The notes under the pieces: model-generated
What the model saw: the letters and a program-made list of their open reading frames with translations, nothing else
Told to the model about the DNA's origin: nothing
Database searches by the model: none
Assembly: GCA_030390025.1 (NCBI GenBank)
Contig: CM059431.1
Span: 114,516,001 to 114,580,000, forward strand
Length of the DNA stretch: 64,000 nucleotides
Source: Squalus acanthias
Taxonomy: Eukaryota
Reading direction: 5' to 3'
Position numbers and translations under genes: made by a program
Shown here: in pieces, positions 38,068 to 51,720 of the stretch
How positions within the stretch are numbered: position 1 is the stretch's first letter
How the letters are laid out: each line of letters begins with the position of its first letter

Positions 38068-38313
38068 ATGGCTGAAACCAAAATAATTTCTCTCAAAGTC
38101 AAAGTTCTGAATCGCCCAGTCAATGCAAGAAGAAAATCTCGAATTGCTTCAAGAAGGAGCGGGCAGATGTGGTATTCCTGCAAGAGACTAATCTTTTCCC
38201 CCTCAGCACATGCCAAACCCAGGAGGGACTGTGTTGGCCAAACAATGGCAGCCTGCTACTCATCCGAGAGCAAAGAAGTGCTCATTCTGATTAATAAGTG
38301 GCTCCCCTTATAA
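38068..38313 (+). pseudogene. L1-clade ORF2 N-terminal APE endonuclease relic
   Basis: MAETKIISLKVKVLNRPV / KKKISNCFKKERADVVFLQETNL / HAKPRRDCVGQ...SKEVLILINKWLP across two frameshifts. Confidence 0.75.
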
Positions 38314-39299
38314 TTGATCGGTTTGAGAAGGTTTTTAAAGGTAGAGAGAGTGATAAAGGGGTAGAGAAAAGTTTAGGAAGAGAGTTCTAGAGATTAGGAT
38401 AGAGGCAGCTGAAGGCCCATGGGCAAAGGAAAGGAAGAATGTATAGAATGACAGAATCGGGGAAACAGAGTTCATGCAGGATGATAGAGCTGTATGAGAT
38501 TACAAAGGCAGGGTGAGGTGAGGCAGTGGAAGTATTTATAGATGAGGACAAGGACTTAAAATTTAATGAGATGATGTCAGTCAGTGAAGACCAAGGTGGA
38601 TAGAATTTAGTGTAGCAAAGTTTTGAACTGATAATTCTTGACACCAGCGCCTCTGACTCAACTCCTACACAGCCTACCTTCCATAGACCTTCAGAAAAGG
38701 CCAACAGAATCCGAGGAACACCCAATAATAATACTGACACTATCTGGCTGGAAGAGGTCTGAATCTCGCTGAAAATCACCAATCTGGCAGAATGGGAAAT
38801 TCTGAGCTGTATTTATTAGAGTGGGTTTAGAATCTCCCCTAATAAAGGTACTACCAGATGAGATCAATTCCTTGGCAAAGGCCAGATTATGCTTTTACTA
38901 TGACTGTCAGAGAATTCCACTACTCTGCGTGATTTATTAAATATCTCCTTCAGGACCCAGCCATCCTTGAAAAACTCTAGCATGAGCAGAACCCTGCCCC
39001 ACAACCCCACCCCCCCACCACCACCATTTCTGCCGGAATTGTGCCTCCACTTCCCATCAAATCCCTACAAACACACCTGTATCCTTTTATCATGCTTGCT
39101 TTCAGATCCAAAAACAATACAAAAAACCTTAGAGAGTCCTGAGACCAAGACATTAGCCATCATAACAAAAAAGGAATGTGGAGAAGGAAAATCAGGATGA
39201 ATAACAAGCAGCCAATCTGCTACCACCTGTTTTACCCGCCCCGCCCCGCCCCGCCCCACCCCGCTGAAATTAAAAGTTCCGCCCTATATATACATATTG

Positions 39300-39730
39300 G
39301 TTCCATTGATGAGGCCCTACACTCTTAGGAGCCCAGCCACCCTGAATAGGTCCAGAGCCCTCTTCTACTGCTGGTAGTTTTCATTGCAAAATTGATATGC
39401 CTGGCCAACAAGGGTCTAGACAGTGGTGCACTGCAGCCTGGCTGATCTGGCAGATGTCACCTGACATAGCTTGAAAGAAGGTAGTTGCATAGACGTTCAA
39501 AGCAACAGCAACATTCACCACCATTGGCAGAGCCATCACTGTCCAGCTGGCAGGTTGGACTACAGGAGATGGCAAATTTCCAAGGCAGTGGAAGCAAATC
39601 TCTTTCAGACCTGCCCAAGTAACTCTGGTGGATGCATACACCTCAAGTGAGATACACCAGTCTGCGAGCATTTCTATGGAAATCCTCTTCATCCTCTATT
39701 TCCCTGAAAGCAAAAGGAATTCCCATTGGA
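39300..39730 (-). pseudogene. HARBI1-like transposase N-terminal relic
   Basis: ALPMVVNVAVALNVYATTFFQAMSGDICQISQAAVHHC. Confidence 0.75.
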
Positions 39731-39767
39731 ATGCCCATCTTACCAGTTTAATGTGCTTAAATTGAAG

Positions 39768-40704
39768 TGAGAAGTCGCACAACACCATGTTATAGTCCAA
39801 CAGTTTTATTTGAAATCACAAGCTTTCGGAGCTGCTGCCCCTTCGTCAGGTGAAGTGAAGGAATACGAATCGGCAAAGCATATATAGTCAGAGAACAATG
39901 CCTGTGTAGCGTACAATGTCAGACGACTACATTTTATCTTTCTGACTGCCTTTCATCACACCTCAGCAGAGAAACAATCAGGTCAGCCAGGAAGGCACCA
40001 CATCAAAGACATAGCAAGATACAACTGAGACAATGAGATGGAGTCACAGGGGGTCTAATGTGTCAAATGCAGTCTGTATGGAAAACGATAAACTTTAAAA
40101 ATTTTACTTTTTTTTTACTGGAAATCACATCTGTGAACAAGCCAACGACGACTCGAGTCTGGATGACTCTACGTCATGTAGCGTGACATGAACCCAAGAT
40201 CCCGGTTGAGGCCATCCTCATGGGTGCGGAACTTGGCTAGCAGTTTCTGCTCGATGATTTTGCGTTGTCGTGTGTCTCGAAGGCCGCCTTGGAGAACGCT
40301 TACCCGCAGATCCGAGGCTGAATGTCCTTGACTGCTGAAGTGTTCCCCGACTGGGAGGTAACAATCCTGCCTGGCGATTGTTGTGCGGTGTCCGTTCATA
40401 CGTTGTCTCAGTGTCTGCATGGTCTCGCCGATGTACCATGCTCTGGTGCATCCTTTCCTGCAATGTATGAGGTAGACAACGTTGGCCGAGTCACATGAGT
40501 ATGTACCATGTACCTGGTGGGTAGTGTCCTCACGTGTGATGATGGTATCTGTGTTGATGATCTGGCATGTCTTGCAGAGGTTGCCGTGGCAGGGTTGTGT
40601 GGTGTCGTGGTCGCTGTTATCCTGAAAGCTGGGTAATTTGCTGCGAACGATGGTACTTTTGAGGTTAGGCGGCTGTTTGAAGGCGAGTAGTGGAGGCGTG
40701 GGGA
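39768..40704 (-). mobile_element. Penelope-like element, 5'-truncated, with GIY-YIG domain
   Basis: PPLLAFKQPPNLK, PCHGNLCKTC, NVVYLIHC...WYIGET, LRQRMNGHR, GLNRDLGF; 11-bp TSD TTAAATTGAAG at 39757-39767 and 40705-40715. Confidence 0.95.
39816..39853 (-). ncRNA. Minimal hammerhead ribozyme motif
   Basis: Identical to 22281-22318. Confidence 0.75.
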
Positions 40705-40859
40705 TTAAATTGAAGGTCTACTTCCCTTCAATGCTAGAACAGGCCCAATTACAAATATTTTAAAAATTAAGGCAAGAACACTCAAATGTCCCCATATTTT
40801 GTACCATGTTTATCTCTTTTAAGTAAAGAGATCATAGACTCTGTTGATATAATTTCATA

Positions 40860-41590
40860 GAAGAGGGTAATAGATTGCAAATGGATTTGGATGCATTGGG
40901 GAAATGAACTCAAGATTGGCAAATGGCTTTCAAAACAGACGAGTGTGCAGTTATGCACTTTGATGCACTTAATAAAACCATAAAATATAGCATGAGTTAA
41001 TGCCAGTTAAAAGTAAAAGAAAGAGAGAAAGACTGCGGAGTGATCACTGACCACTCCCTCAAAGTGTCAAAAGGCCACAACCAAGGCAAATAGGTCCCTG
41101 GGTCTCTATTGCCCGAACGGTTCATTACTAAATTAGGGCCACAATAATAGGGTTAGATAAGGCTTTGGTAAGACTTGGTTTGGACTATCATGCCCAGTTT
41201 TGATCCCCATCTCAGGGTGTGCCTCTGGAGAAGATGCAGTGCAGTGCAACAAGAATGATCCTCAACCTGAGATCTGAAGGTAGACTTGATGCCATGGGTT
41301 AGTACTCACTGGAGTTAGAGGGGATCTCATCCAGGTATGCAAGATTATTAAAGGTAAGGACAAAATAAAAGTAGATAGTATGTTTGAGGTGATGGGGATA
41401 GGTAGAACTGAGGAAGCAGGGAGTGTGGTTGGATGTGTGGAAATGTTACTTTCTCCAAAGGGTAATTCATTGGTGGAACAGAATTCCAGAGGAGGTAATG
41501 AAGATTAATTCTTTACAGTCCTTCAAGATGCAGTAGATGGACTTCCGGGGAAAAAAAGATGATCACAGCATACGAAAGGTTGGCGTAAAT
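40860..41590 (+). mobile_element. Old, heavily mutated CR1
   Basis: LQMDLDALGK, WQMAF, CAVMHF, ALVRLGLDY, RGDLIQV remnants. Confidence 0.75.
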
Positions 41591-42029
41591 CATTCTGGAT
41601 AACAATTAATGAGCCTGGCACCTCCTGGGGCTTGTCTGATCACGCACAAGGGGTTAGAAAGGAATTTTTGGCAAAGGACTCCTGAATTAGTCGCAGGTCT
41701 CTGTTTTTTTTGCCTTTCCCAATAGAGGGCTGGGAATTTATATATGGGGGTGAAAGCTGCCACATATGGGTCCTCAACACATAAATACAAAGATATGAAA
41801 CTATCTGATCACAGTGTAGCAATGTGTGCTGGCTGTACATCAGGTAGTACAAGTCCATTGAATAGTACTATTTTAGTTGAATCAAATAGATTGATTAGCT
41901 AGCTAACAAGAACGAATGCTGAATTTTGGTCAGAATCTGAATAAGCTAGGACACAAATTTAGTAGATATTTTCAAATTTGCTCTTTTAGATTTATTCAGA
42001 CTCAGCTAATGTACATTGACATAAAAAGA

Positions 42030-42220
42030 TAAAATTAAAATGCTGGAAATCTGAAATAAAAACAGAAATTCCTGAAAATACACAGCAGATCTATCAGCAC
42101 CTGTAAAGAGAAATGAGAGATTAACACTTCCAGTGTGGACTTGGGCAGTCAAGAACTAAAACATGAATCTGCCTTTTCTTTTTACAAATGGTATTTACTT
42201 CATTTTCTGTTATTATTCAG
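42030..42220. mobile_element. Degenerate Penelope-type pLTR pair in inverted arrangement
   Basis: ATGCTGGAAATCTGAAATAAAAACAGAAA then CATTTTCTGTTATTATTCAG on the opposite strand. Confidence 0.55.
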
Positions 42221-42902
42221 CCTGTCCACTGAATTCATGCAACCCACCTGTGCACTTTCGCTAAGCTCCATTAAGCCTGAAGCTTAGTAGAAGACAGGTT
42301 GATCCAATGAGGGAAGTGAATCTGAACTTTGAATTCATAGATTCAAAAAGAAAACCAGATCATGCTCAACCCTACTGGCCAGCTGTCTGATTGAGCCACG
42401 TCTTCACAGAATCATTGCTAAAAATAATACCACATTTCAGAAAACAATTTTAATTTCTTTAAGTATTTTTAAAATAGTGCAGCTGAGATCTGTACCTCAT
42501 TTTGTAGATAAATATAAATACAAATCTGTATTTGCTGACTTGTATTTCCAACTGCTTAGCATTGCCCGTATTCTGATGTAAGGAAATGTGTATCCTGAGG
42601 CAGATTAACTTCGTTGGTGTTCTCAATTCAACTGCAAGTCACAAATTCTTCACTGATGTTTCTTATAGGCAGACTTGCTTATAGCTATGGTTAAACAAAA
42701 CTGAGAAGGATTATCATAACGCTAAGAAGGCATTTGTTATTTGAGTGCAAAGAGGCTATTTAACTTGGATTGTGTAAATAACTGGAGGGGATAATTGACA
42801 ACCTTCAAGCAAGACTAGAGGTTAACTGAGTGGTGGATGTGTGGGATAGATTCCCAGCAAAAGCCATTAATACTGTGTTGCTTCATGCCTTAAATTTGAT
42901 AA

Positions 42903-43260
42903 AAGTTTTCAAGATATTAAGGGGAACTGACAGGATAGATAGAAACTATTTCCACTAGTTGGAGAGTCTCGGATTAGGGGACATAGCCTAAAAGTTAGAG
43001 CCAGGTCTTTCAGGAGTTAGGAAAGTTAGGAAACATTTCTACACACAAAGGGTGGTAGAAGTTTGGAACTCTTCCCCAAACGGCAGTTGATGCTAGGTCA
43101 AGTGTTAATTTTAAATTTGAGATTGATAGATTTTTGTTAACCAAAGGTATTAAAGGATATAGGGCAAAGGCGGGTATATGGAGTTAGGTCACAGATTAGC
43201 CATGATCTCATTGAATGGCGGAACAGGCTCAAGGGGCTAAATGGTCTACTCCTGTTCCAT
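42903..43260 (+). mobile_element. CR1 3' end (sister of 3232-5008)
   Basis: Close match to 3391-3630 plus 4888-5005. Confidence 0.92.
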
Positions 43261-43261
43261 A

Positions 43262-44104
43262 GGAGGTGATTTTCTCATTGGGAAGATTTTGGAGGCGGGA
43301 CTCCCACTTGTCGGGTTTCAGTTCCGCCTCCATCAGCTTCTGCCCAACCAGCGGGATTTTCCCCTGATTGACCTTGTTAAGCCGGCCTGGCGGGCTTAGC
43401 AGGCCAATTAGGGTGAAGCCAGTTGCAGAGCACGTCAACATATGACATGTCATCTGTCAAGAATTTTTGAAAGAAATGTCATCGTTTGACAGCTCTGTGA
43501 AGCTGTCAAACACTGACATTCTGTGTAGTTTGATGAGACCTTATGTTCAGGACTCATCAAACCTTTCTACTTTGCAGAAATCAGATGACTATTGCATCGG
43601 AGGATGCAGCAGCCAATCTGTGATCTCTACAATGGAGATGTCGGGGACTCCGGCTCCACAGTGGCTGAAGGCTGCAGGAAGAAACAAAGGTAAGTTAACA
43701 TTTTCTAACACTTTACACTCACCTCACATACTTAGCACTCCACACTTGCACCCATCACTCACCTCTACAGCGCACTTTCAGACTCGTCTGACCCCCGCGG
43801 ACCCACTGCTTGCCTCCTACACCTTGGCGGGGTTCCCCCAGGTTGGGAAGCCCGCACTTCAGGGCACAAAATGGGGATAATCCTATTTTCTGCCTGTTAA
43901 CTACCTGTTAACAAGCAGTTAATAGGCTTTAATCCCTTCCTGCCTCCAAGGGGATGGGATCCGGCGTGGGACGGCTTCCCGCCTCCTGACAAGAGGGCAT
44001 GGAGGCGGGTTGGGGGCGGGTTGGGCACCCACCCCCAAATTCTGCCATTTTCCCGGCAGACCCGCCTCCATACCCATCTCCTCGGGGCTGAGAAAATCGC
44101 CCCC
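43262..44104. mobile_element. Non-autonomous Harbinger-type element inserted in a CR1 tail
   Basis: TIR GGAGGTGATTTTCTC / GAGAAAATCGCCCCC (13/15); CR1 tail CCTGTTCC...TATGTTCCTA resumes at 44105. Confidence 0.7.
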
Positions 44105-45747
44105 TATGTTCCTAAAATAGAGGTGGCTAAATATCTGATTAGAAATAGGATTGAAGGTTATAGAGTTGAGATAAAGATAATCAAATACTATGAAGAACAG
44201 ACAATCATGGTTCTTGAGCTCAGGCAATTGCTCAAGGGTGAGTAATGTGGCATGCAAAGTTACACAGATATCAGGTATTCCAATCGAATGATCTTTGAGG
44301 GGCTGAGAGAAACAGTGAAGTTTCATCAGGACATTAAATGGGTTGGGCAGAGTCCAATATAGAGTGAACTGTACCGGATCTGTGGAAAAAAACAAGGTTG
44401 ATAGGCTAAACTGGCTTTTGTCATTCATGCTTTTTTTTATAATTAAGAAAGAGGTAATAATTTTCATAGAAACTGGGTTTCGATGTTGCATAATTTAACT
44501 AGATCATTAATAATGTAGAAAATAAATAATAATAAGGAAAATTCTGTGTGTTTATGGCATGTGCTACCAGAGAAGGACTCTCTCGTTTTACAGGAGGGAT
44601 AGAATTGGATGTTCCTGCTGCACAGTATAAAGAAAGTAGATAATACAACTAAATTACTTCAGTAGAGAAGTTGTCAATTAAGGCAAGTAATAAAACATGG
44701 ATGTCTAGAAAATGCATATGCATCCCATAGTCATTGACGTGAACAAGGGTGAAAGGAGATTACTACTTGTGTGACTCTAGTCGAACCTCATTACAGGCAA
44801 GCTTGCTTTGGTATACAGCAACAACTTGCCTAAAATATTCCTACAAAGAATTGGCTTAACCTATAAATTTATTTATATACAGTGGTCTACTTGTATGCAT
44901 ATTAGGGCAAAAGGTGGGCTTGATTGTATTACCACATGTAGAATAGGTGAGGACAGGGAAAAAAAAGTTGCATAAGGTAGTCAGGCAACTTTTGCACAGA
45001 CCTATTGCCAGAATCCCACCAGATATCCTGCATGGCAGTTTTCTGGCATATTTTAATAATTTTCTGGCCAACAGAATTATTTTTCCAGGCTAGTGCTCAC
45101 CAGTAAAATACTTATCAGAAAAGATGTGTCAAAATTTCCAGGAAATCGAGCTGGTTATGAATAAAGGTATTTTCAAATTTATACAAGTTCAAATCCTACA
45201 GTCAGGCGTAGAATGGGGCACTCCTACACTTTGATATAGATATAGCTTAGTCGCAGAAATACTACTCTACTGATTGTGGGGCAGCTCCAGAGCTTCTTTT
45301 TAAGTTGTTATGGTTGACATGTTGCTTACAGCTTAAAGGATATGTATTCCAGTCAGTCCAACTTTAGCGGTCCTGAGGCCCAAACATGAAGTCTAATTAG
45401 TACTGGTGTGAAAGGCAATACGTAAAGGGTGGAAAAGCCATGATTGCATACTAGAGGTAATTCTATGTAACAGGTAATATAGATAATTGGACAGGACATT
45501 GTATCCACAATGTTATCAGGAAGAATGGCAGTGGTACTGCGCAGTGGACTGGAGAACTTTAATGAGACCTGGCAATATTTAGAGCTGTTGGTGTCACACA
45601 CGGCTGCTGATTCCTAGAATGAAGGTTTGTGCTCCTTTGTTTTTATCATGACCACAGCGCCATTGGCTGTTAGGACTTGCCCCTTTGACATGGGGCCACA
45701 GATTTCCTGGGTATGACTGCCCTGCTTGGGAGGCATTAGCTCAATAA

Positions 45748-46290
45748 CCCAATTAGTAGTTAAGGCAAATGATGGCTCTGGGCTCATTAGGTCTCATATG
45801 AAACGGTGAGCCCTTTAGTGACTGTCTTCCTGGTGATACTATTGTATCTAAGGGTGCAATTATACAAACACTTTTGCATCAGTGTGAAGTGGTTTTAGGT
45901 GCACGTTGATGCAAAAGTGGCAGAATCAGGTTAGGTTTCACTTGACTCCAGAATGCACTAAAAACATTTAGACTTGACTCTGTTGGACCTCCTGGGCACT
46001 TTAGAAAGTTACTGCAGAATCTTTTTAATATTATATGAAAAAGCGGACGTTCCTGTCAGGGGAACAGAACTCTGTGAATGCCTGTGTAGAGTTCTCTCTT
46101 AGAAGGTAGAGTATGATTTGCAGCCTGCAGTAAATATAATTGCACCCTTAAATACGATTTGCAGCCTGCAGTAAACATAATTGCACCCTTAAATACAATA
46201 GTATCACAAGGAAGACAGTCACTAAATGACTCAGTTTCATAGGAGACCTAATGAGCCCAGAGCCATCACTTGCCTTAACTCCTAACAGGG
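45748..46290. repeat. Foldback-type element with inverted arms of about 110 bp
   Basis: Arms 45758-45863 and 46177-46280; internal 13-bp IR 45869-45881/45907-45919; 41-bp tandem duplication 46115-46196. Confidence 0.88.
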
Positions 46291-47925
46291 CAGCAATAGA
46301 GTTACTGTGCTATAACTCAAAAGGAATAAAATTAGGATTTGCAATAATTTGCTTCTAATAAAATAAAATTTAACCATGGAGGTACAATATGATGTAGAAG
46401 TGTTGAATATGATATTTTCCCTTGAGATCTTTAAAGAGGTCCAGCACTGCCTGCTTATTCAGCCTTTGCCCCTTGATGAGCTGTGTCTGTCTGGTCCAGA
46501 ATGGAATCCTGTGATGGAAAAGGTCTCCCATTTTTACTTTCGTCTGTACATTCTGATCAGCATCAGAATGGGATATGTTATTGATATTCTTTGCAGCTAA
46601 ATAATGACAGCAGGAATCTCTTGTACTTCTATTTCCTGCCACAGCAGTTTGCGACTAGACCTTGGAAAGTAGTTACTGGCGATACGCTCCAAATTAATGT
46701 TAAAAGCACTATTCCAATAAAGTTCCACCCTATGCATCATTTCTGCAAAATTGCTTTTTGTGAATTGATTCCATAAGCAACAGTTCAAAAAAAAATCACT
46801 TATGGATTAGAAATTCCTTTTTATTCACAGGATGAACTATTTAAGATGAGTGTGCATCTTTGGTTTATACCATTATTTTAATTTCTGTCTTAGATTGATG
46901 GAATGTCCAAATTTTCTTTTAATGCTGCTGCTGCTGTACGTAGCACAAGAACACAAATCTAAATCTGATCTGTACTTCAATGTGGGGTGAAAAATATTTA
47001 CATGCTACACTATTCCAGACTGCAACAAAATTATATAGGCTGACAAATACATAACAAGATTGCTCACCTCCCTAAATGGCCCAGCATTATACTTATAAAG
47101 ACTGTGTATTAAAAATTATTAAAGTGAAATACAATATTTGGTTGTTTTTTTTTCTTAATTCCTTGAAGCTTTACGCATATTTTCCTGTTTACACACAGCA
47201 GTGAGAGTGCGCTAGGAAAAGCACGAGGAGAATATTTTACCAACTGATAAAGAAATGCAATAGTTATATGTGGTTGAGAATGGAGTACCTTAAGCATCAA
47301 GTATCACTTCTGCGACGATTCTTCTGTTCTGAAGATTGCTAATTTGGCGATGCTTGCTGATGGGTAGTGCATACATTCTGCCTATTTCATGCATCTTAAA
47401 ATGTCCCTCTTTATAACTTGTGAATGGATATTACTGGATATCCTACAGTATTCTGTGAAATAAAACTCAACATCAATACCATGCACTGAAGCTTTGGCTG
47501 ATTCACATGGCGCAATATCAGTTTAGTTTGAGTCGCATGATTTAAGTGCAGGAGTTTGCTGTCCATTTTAAATGGGGCTAATTTCGCTCAACTGAATAAC
47601 AATGTATTTCATTATGAATGGAAAAGCAAAGAAAATAATAATGTAGGTAGGAGCGTGTTTCTAGGGCATAAGATATTGAGAGGATTCAGGTGATGCTGAT
47701 AAACTGCTTAATGTTCTCTCTATAGTTTGCCACTTGTAATGCACTCCAATCTATATGTTACAATATACTTATAAAATGTGGTACAATACGTAAGTGAAAT
47801 TAAGTAGTTGGATACCTAACTAATTAGTAAAAATGTGAATAGACCAGGATTAAATATTTTTTGGGAGTAATAGAATCATATGCTATGCTATGATCTTTGG
47901 ATCAAGCTTTTGCTGATTTGGAATT

Positions 47926-48590
47926 ATCATAGAATCATAGAAATTTATGGCACAGAAGGAGGCCATTTGATCCATGGTGTCTGTGCCGGCGAATTCGTAG
48001 AATCATTACAGCACAGAAGGAGGCCATTCGGCCCGTCGAGGCTCTCTGCAAGAGCACTTCAGCTAGTCCCACTCTCCCGCCCTTTCCCCGTAGCCCTGCA
48101 ATTTTTTTTCCTTCAGGTACTTATCCAATTCCCTTTTGAAAGCCACGATTGAGTCTGCCTCCACCACCCTTTCAGGCAATGCATTCCAGATCCTAACCAC
48201 TTGCTGCATAAAAAAGTTTTTCCTCGTGTCGCCTTTGGTTCTTTTGCCGGTCACTTTAAATCTGTGTCCTCTGGTTCTCGACCCTGCCGCCAATGGGAAC
48301 AGTTTCTCTCTATCTACTCTGTCCAGACCCCTCATGATTTTGAACACCTCTATCAAATCTCCTCTCAACCTTCTCTGCTCTAAGGAAACAAACCCCAGCT
48401 TCTCCAGTCTATCCATGTAACGGAAGTCCCTCCTCCCTGGAATCATTCTCATAAATCTTTTCTGCACCCTCTCTAAGGTCTTCACATCTTTCCTAAAGTG
48501 TGGTGCCCAGAATTGGACACAATACTCCAGTTGAAGCCGAGCCAGTGTTTTATAAAGGTTCATCATAACTTCCTTGCTTTTGTGCTCTGG
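47926..48590 (-). mobile_element. CR1 3' fragment (47996-48590) with an adjacent second CR1 tail (47926-47990)
   Basis: LEYCVQFWAPHFRKDVK...RRLRGDLIEVFK; TCATAGAA tails. Confidence 0.95.
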
Positions 48591-50499
48591 CTGCATTAAT
48601 CTTCAGTATGAACAGAGTTCCATAACAAAAGTGTACTTACCATATATTAAACCTATAAATTATATCTTAGATTCAGATTTTAGAATTTAGTTTAAATAAA
48701 CACTGCTGTTTGGTCTAAATGGGGGGAAGCAAGGGAGAGATAGAAACCCCCCCTAGCTCTGTATGGTCTTTGCTAATGCAGCAATTAGTCTAATGGAATC
48801 AAGAAGTATGCTAGATACAGTGAGAATATAGCTGTATAAGGCAGTCAAAAAATGTTTTGAGACTGCTTTAGATGTTGCTCCCAATGGGACAACTAAATTG
48901 GCTCAGAGTATTCCAGCAATGAGTAACACTGTACTATATATGAATGATGCAGAGCTGATGGAAAGGGTGTTATTAAAATATATTCTTATTTCTATAAAGG
49001 ATAAGGCGTGTAAGAGTTAAGAGATAGCAATCTGGAGCAGACATGACAAAGTGTCAACTGTTCAATCTATAGGTGGATTGGTTCCCTTGTGTAACACAAT
49101 CCATACTGTGGAGACAGTTCTCTCATTGAGCTATCAGCAGGAACCTGGGTGATGATGTCACACTCTAGATAATCCAGCAGACTGGAAGAAAGTCTGTCAA
49201 AGTGTTGGATGGGCGCCAGATTCAGCTGTAGATTTATTCTGTTAATTTTGTCCCTTGGCTGTCTTCAGATGAGCACTACCACTCCAAATACAGCAAGAAA
49301 ATTGTTACATTACGGCTGTGTTAATGGTAATCAGTATGCTAATGAGTGCCTGAAGGTCATTATAGAAAACAGTGGTTTAAAGATGTATAACCTGGAGACA
49401 AAAAGTACTAATTCTTTTGGGCAAAAGAGCATCTTATTTATGGGTCATAGATTATTTGTTTTGTTTGCTGTTGAAAAAAAGGTGAGGAAAGCAAATCCAA
49501 GGATCTCATATTCAACGCCAGCGTTTCTAAGGAATGTGCTTATGTGTCTTGTTCCTATTTTTAATTGTTGCTCTTTTTCTTTTCATTCCCACAGTTGATT
49601 GTGTTCTTCCATCCTCCCTCACGCAACAGGGTATCAGACTCTACACTCTAATCTTGCAGGTTTACATATGCCAGTGTAACGTGAGATGGCCAAAGCCTTC
49701 TCCCTGTAGCCCACATTCAGAAACTCCTGAGATCTCATCTGAATGTCGGCCTCCACTATCATACTATCATTCAACTAAAGGGGACAGTTTAAAAATCACT
49801 GCTGCAAAAAAAACAATTTACCCACCAGGCTCCTCCTCCCAAGAGGAAGAGTCTCTTCAAGCGAATGAATCAGACCTCTAGTCAGAGGAAAACCAAGATA
49901 GAGATAGTGATGGTGAATTCTTCCAAGAGGAGAGGCCGCCTTCCCCAGCATTTCAATCCAGAAATAGTCAACTTCCCAGCTACCAAGAGGACATAAGTCT
50001 CTCTGGAGACAGGACCGTGAGAGGTCGGAGTCAACCCCCGAGACTGCAGAGTATAAGGATACAAGAACTGTAACTATGCCAAAAGGAGTTAGAACTCCAG
50101 TACAGGGAGAAAGACCTACAAGGTAGAGAGCAACTCGTAACTGCGAAAGAGCTAACATATCAACAGTTCGAGACCTCTAGGGATCAACCCAGTTTGATAA
50201 AGTAGCCCAGAAAGTGTACTACCTCTCCCAACAGATAGTTGAATTTACCTAGGGAAGGAAGTATCCTTCTGTGGTAGCTGCCGCAACCTCATTAGAGGAA
50301 GGACCACCTAATGTCTCTTCTGCTGGGTATGCCACAGAGCCTGGATTGACAACTTCAGTTCAGGACCTGCAATTGCTACAAGGGGAGGGATTAAGCCTAT
50401 TGTATCTTCTGCACTTTCCCCATCAGGAGAGGCCTATCTACATGCCCTGGTGGCCTCGTGCCATTATCCATAGGGGCAGGCCTGCAGGCAGACCCACAG

Positions 50500-51720
50500 T
50501 ACAGAGCAGCAGATACTGCTACACTCCCTCTGGATAGGCAACAGGACCTCCTGCTGAGGTGCGTCCCCCTGGTGGATAAATTTGACACATGGACGTCCGA
50601 AAGATACATTTCGGAACATTTAGTCACTGTTAACGCTCACCTGCAGTGAGTGAAAACAATGAGAGAGCAAGATAAAATCTACTTCCTGCGTCTTTCAGGT
50701 GCCTCCAAGGTCCAGTCAAGGATAGATGCCAACTGCAGTAGCTATCAGGCATATCATGACCTGTGCAAGAGATTGAAACAGAAGTATATTAAGTTCTGTG
50801 ACATAGATGGTGCTATATCGACCATGTATGATACTAAACAGTTGAAAGGGGAAGACCCAAGTACCTTCAATGCTAGATTACGACATATATACCTTTCAGG
50901 AAGGGAGACAACCCAACCGAGGGATGATGCAGAATTTGCCCAAGTGTCCGGTCGCAATCTACTGCCTGAGATACAAGATAAGATTAGTCTCCATATTCAC
51001 GAAGCAATCTACCACACCTTAAAAACCCTGCTTGGAGCATAATATTATTTGAGAGTGTAATTCTATTTATAGTGCTCCCATCTGGCCAGTGTTAAAACCA
51101 GACAGAAAATGGAGAATTACAGTAGACTATAGGCAATTAAATCGCCATGTCCCTCTGTGATGCTGGCCTATGGCCCACTTAATTCAGAACCTCGCCAGAT
51201 TGACAGGAGTATAGTGTTTCACGACGTGGACAATGGGTTCTGGAACATGAGTAATAACCCCAAAGACCAGCATTAGTTGGCCTTTTCATTTAATAATCGT
51301 TAGTCTACCCAGAATTGGTGTCCATTTGGATACGCCGACTGCCCGACGGAGTTCAATATCTTCCTATACCGAGCTGTCCCTGATGCTGAACAGGGAGGTA
51401 ACCTTATCTAGGTAGATGACATTCTGATTGGTGGTCAGACTGCATCTGAACAGCTGACAGAATGAAGGCATGTGTTAGATCAGCTAAGACAGGTGGGGTT
51501 AAAAATAGCCATGATGAAAGGACAGTGGTGCTGCCCCCAGGTGAAGTATGGGGTGTACACCATTGTGCAGGAAGGAATTCTGCCGCAGAGTGACTGTGTT
51601 CAGGTCATACTAGACATGGAACCTTCTGCCAACTTGAAACAATTGAGGTGCCTCTTAGGTTTGTGTAACTACTCCCAGCAGTTCATAGAGGGCCTTGCAT
51701 GCTCATTACGTGCCATATTG
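50500..51720 (+). pseudogene. LTR retroelement / endogenous retrovirus-like gag and RT relic
   Basis: Gag-like KQLKGEDPSTFNARLRHIY; RT YSAPIWPVLKPDRKWRITVDYRQLN, DVDNGFW, CPFGYADCPTEF, LI*VDDIL (51409-51420), LRCLLGLCNYSQQFI. Confidence 0.88.

Noticed and set aside
43919..44491. 190-aa minus-strand ORF
   Set aside because: Crosses a transposon boundary at 44104 with no domain; chance ORF.
46370..46790. Possible host exon (overlapping short ORFs, hydrophobic peptide on minus strand)
   Set aside because: No recognisable homology or convincing splice pair; stops in candidate frames.
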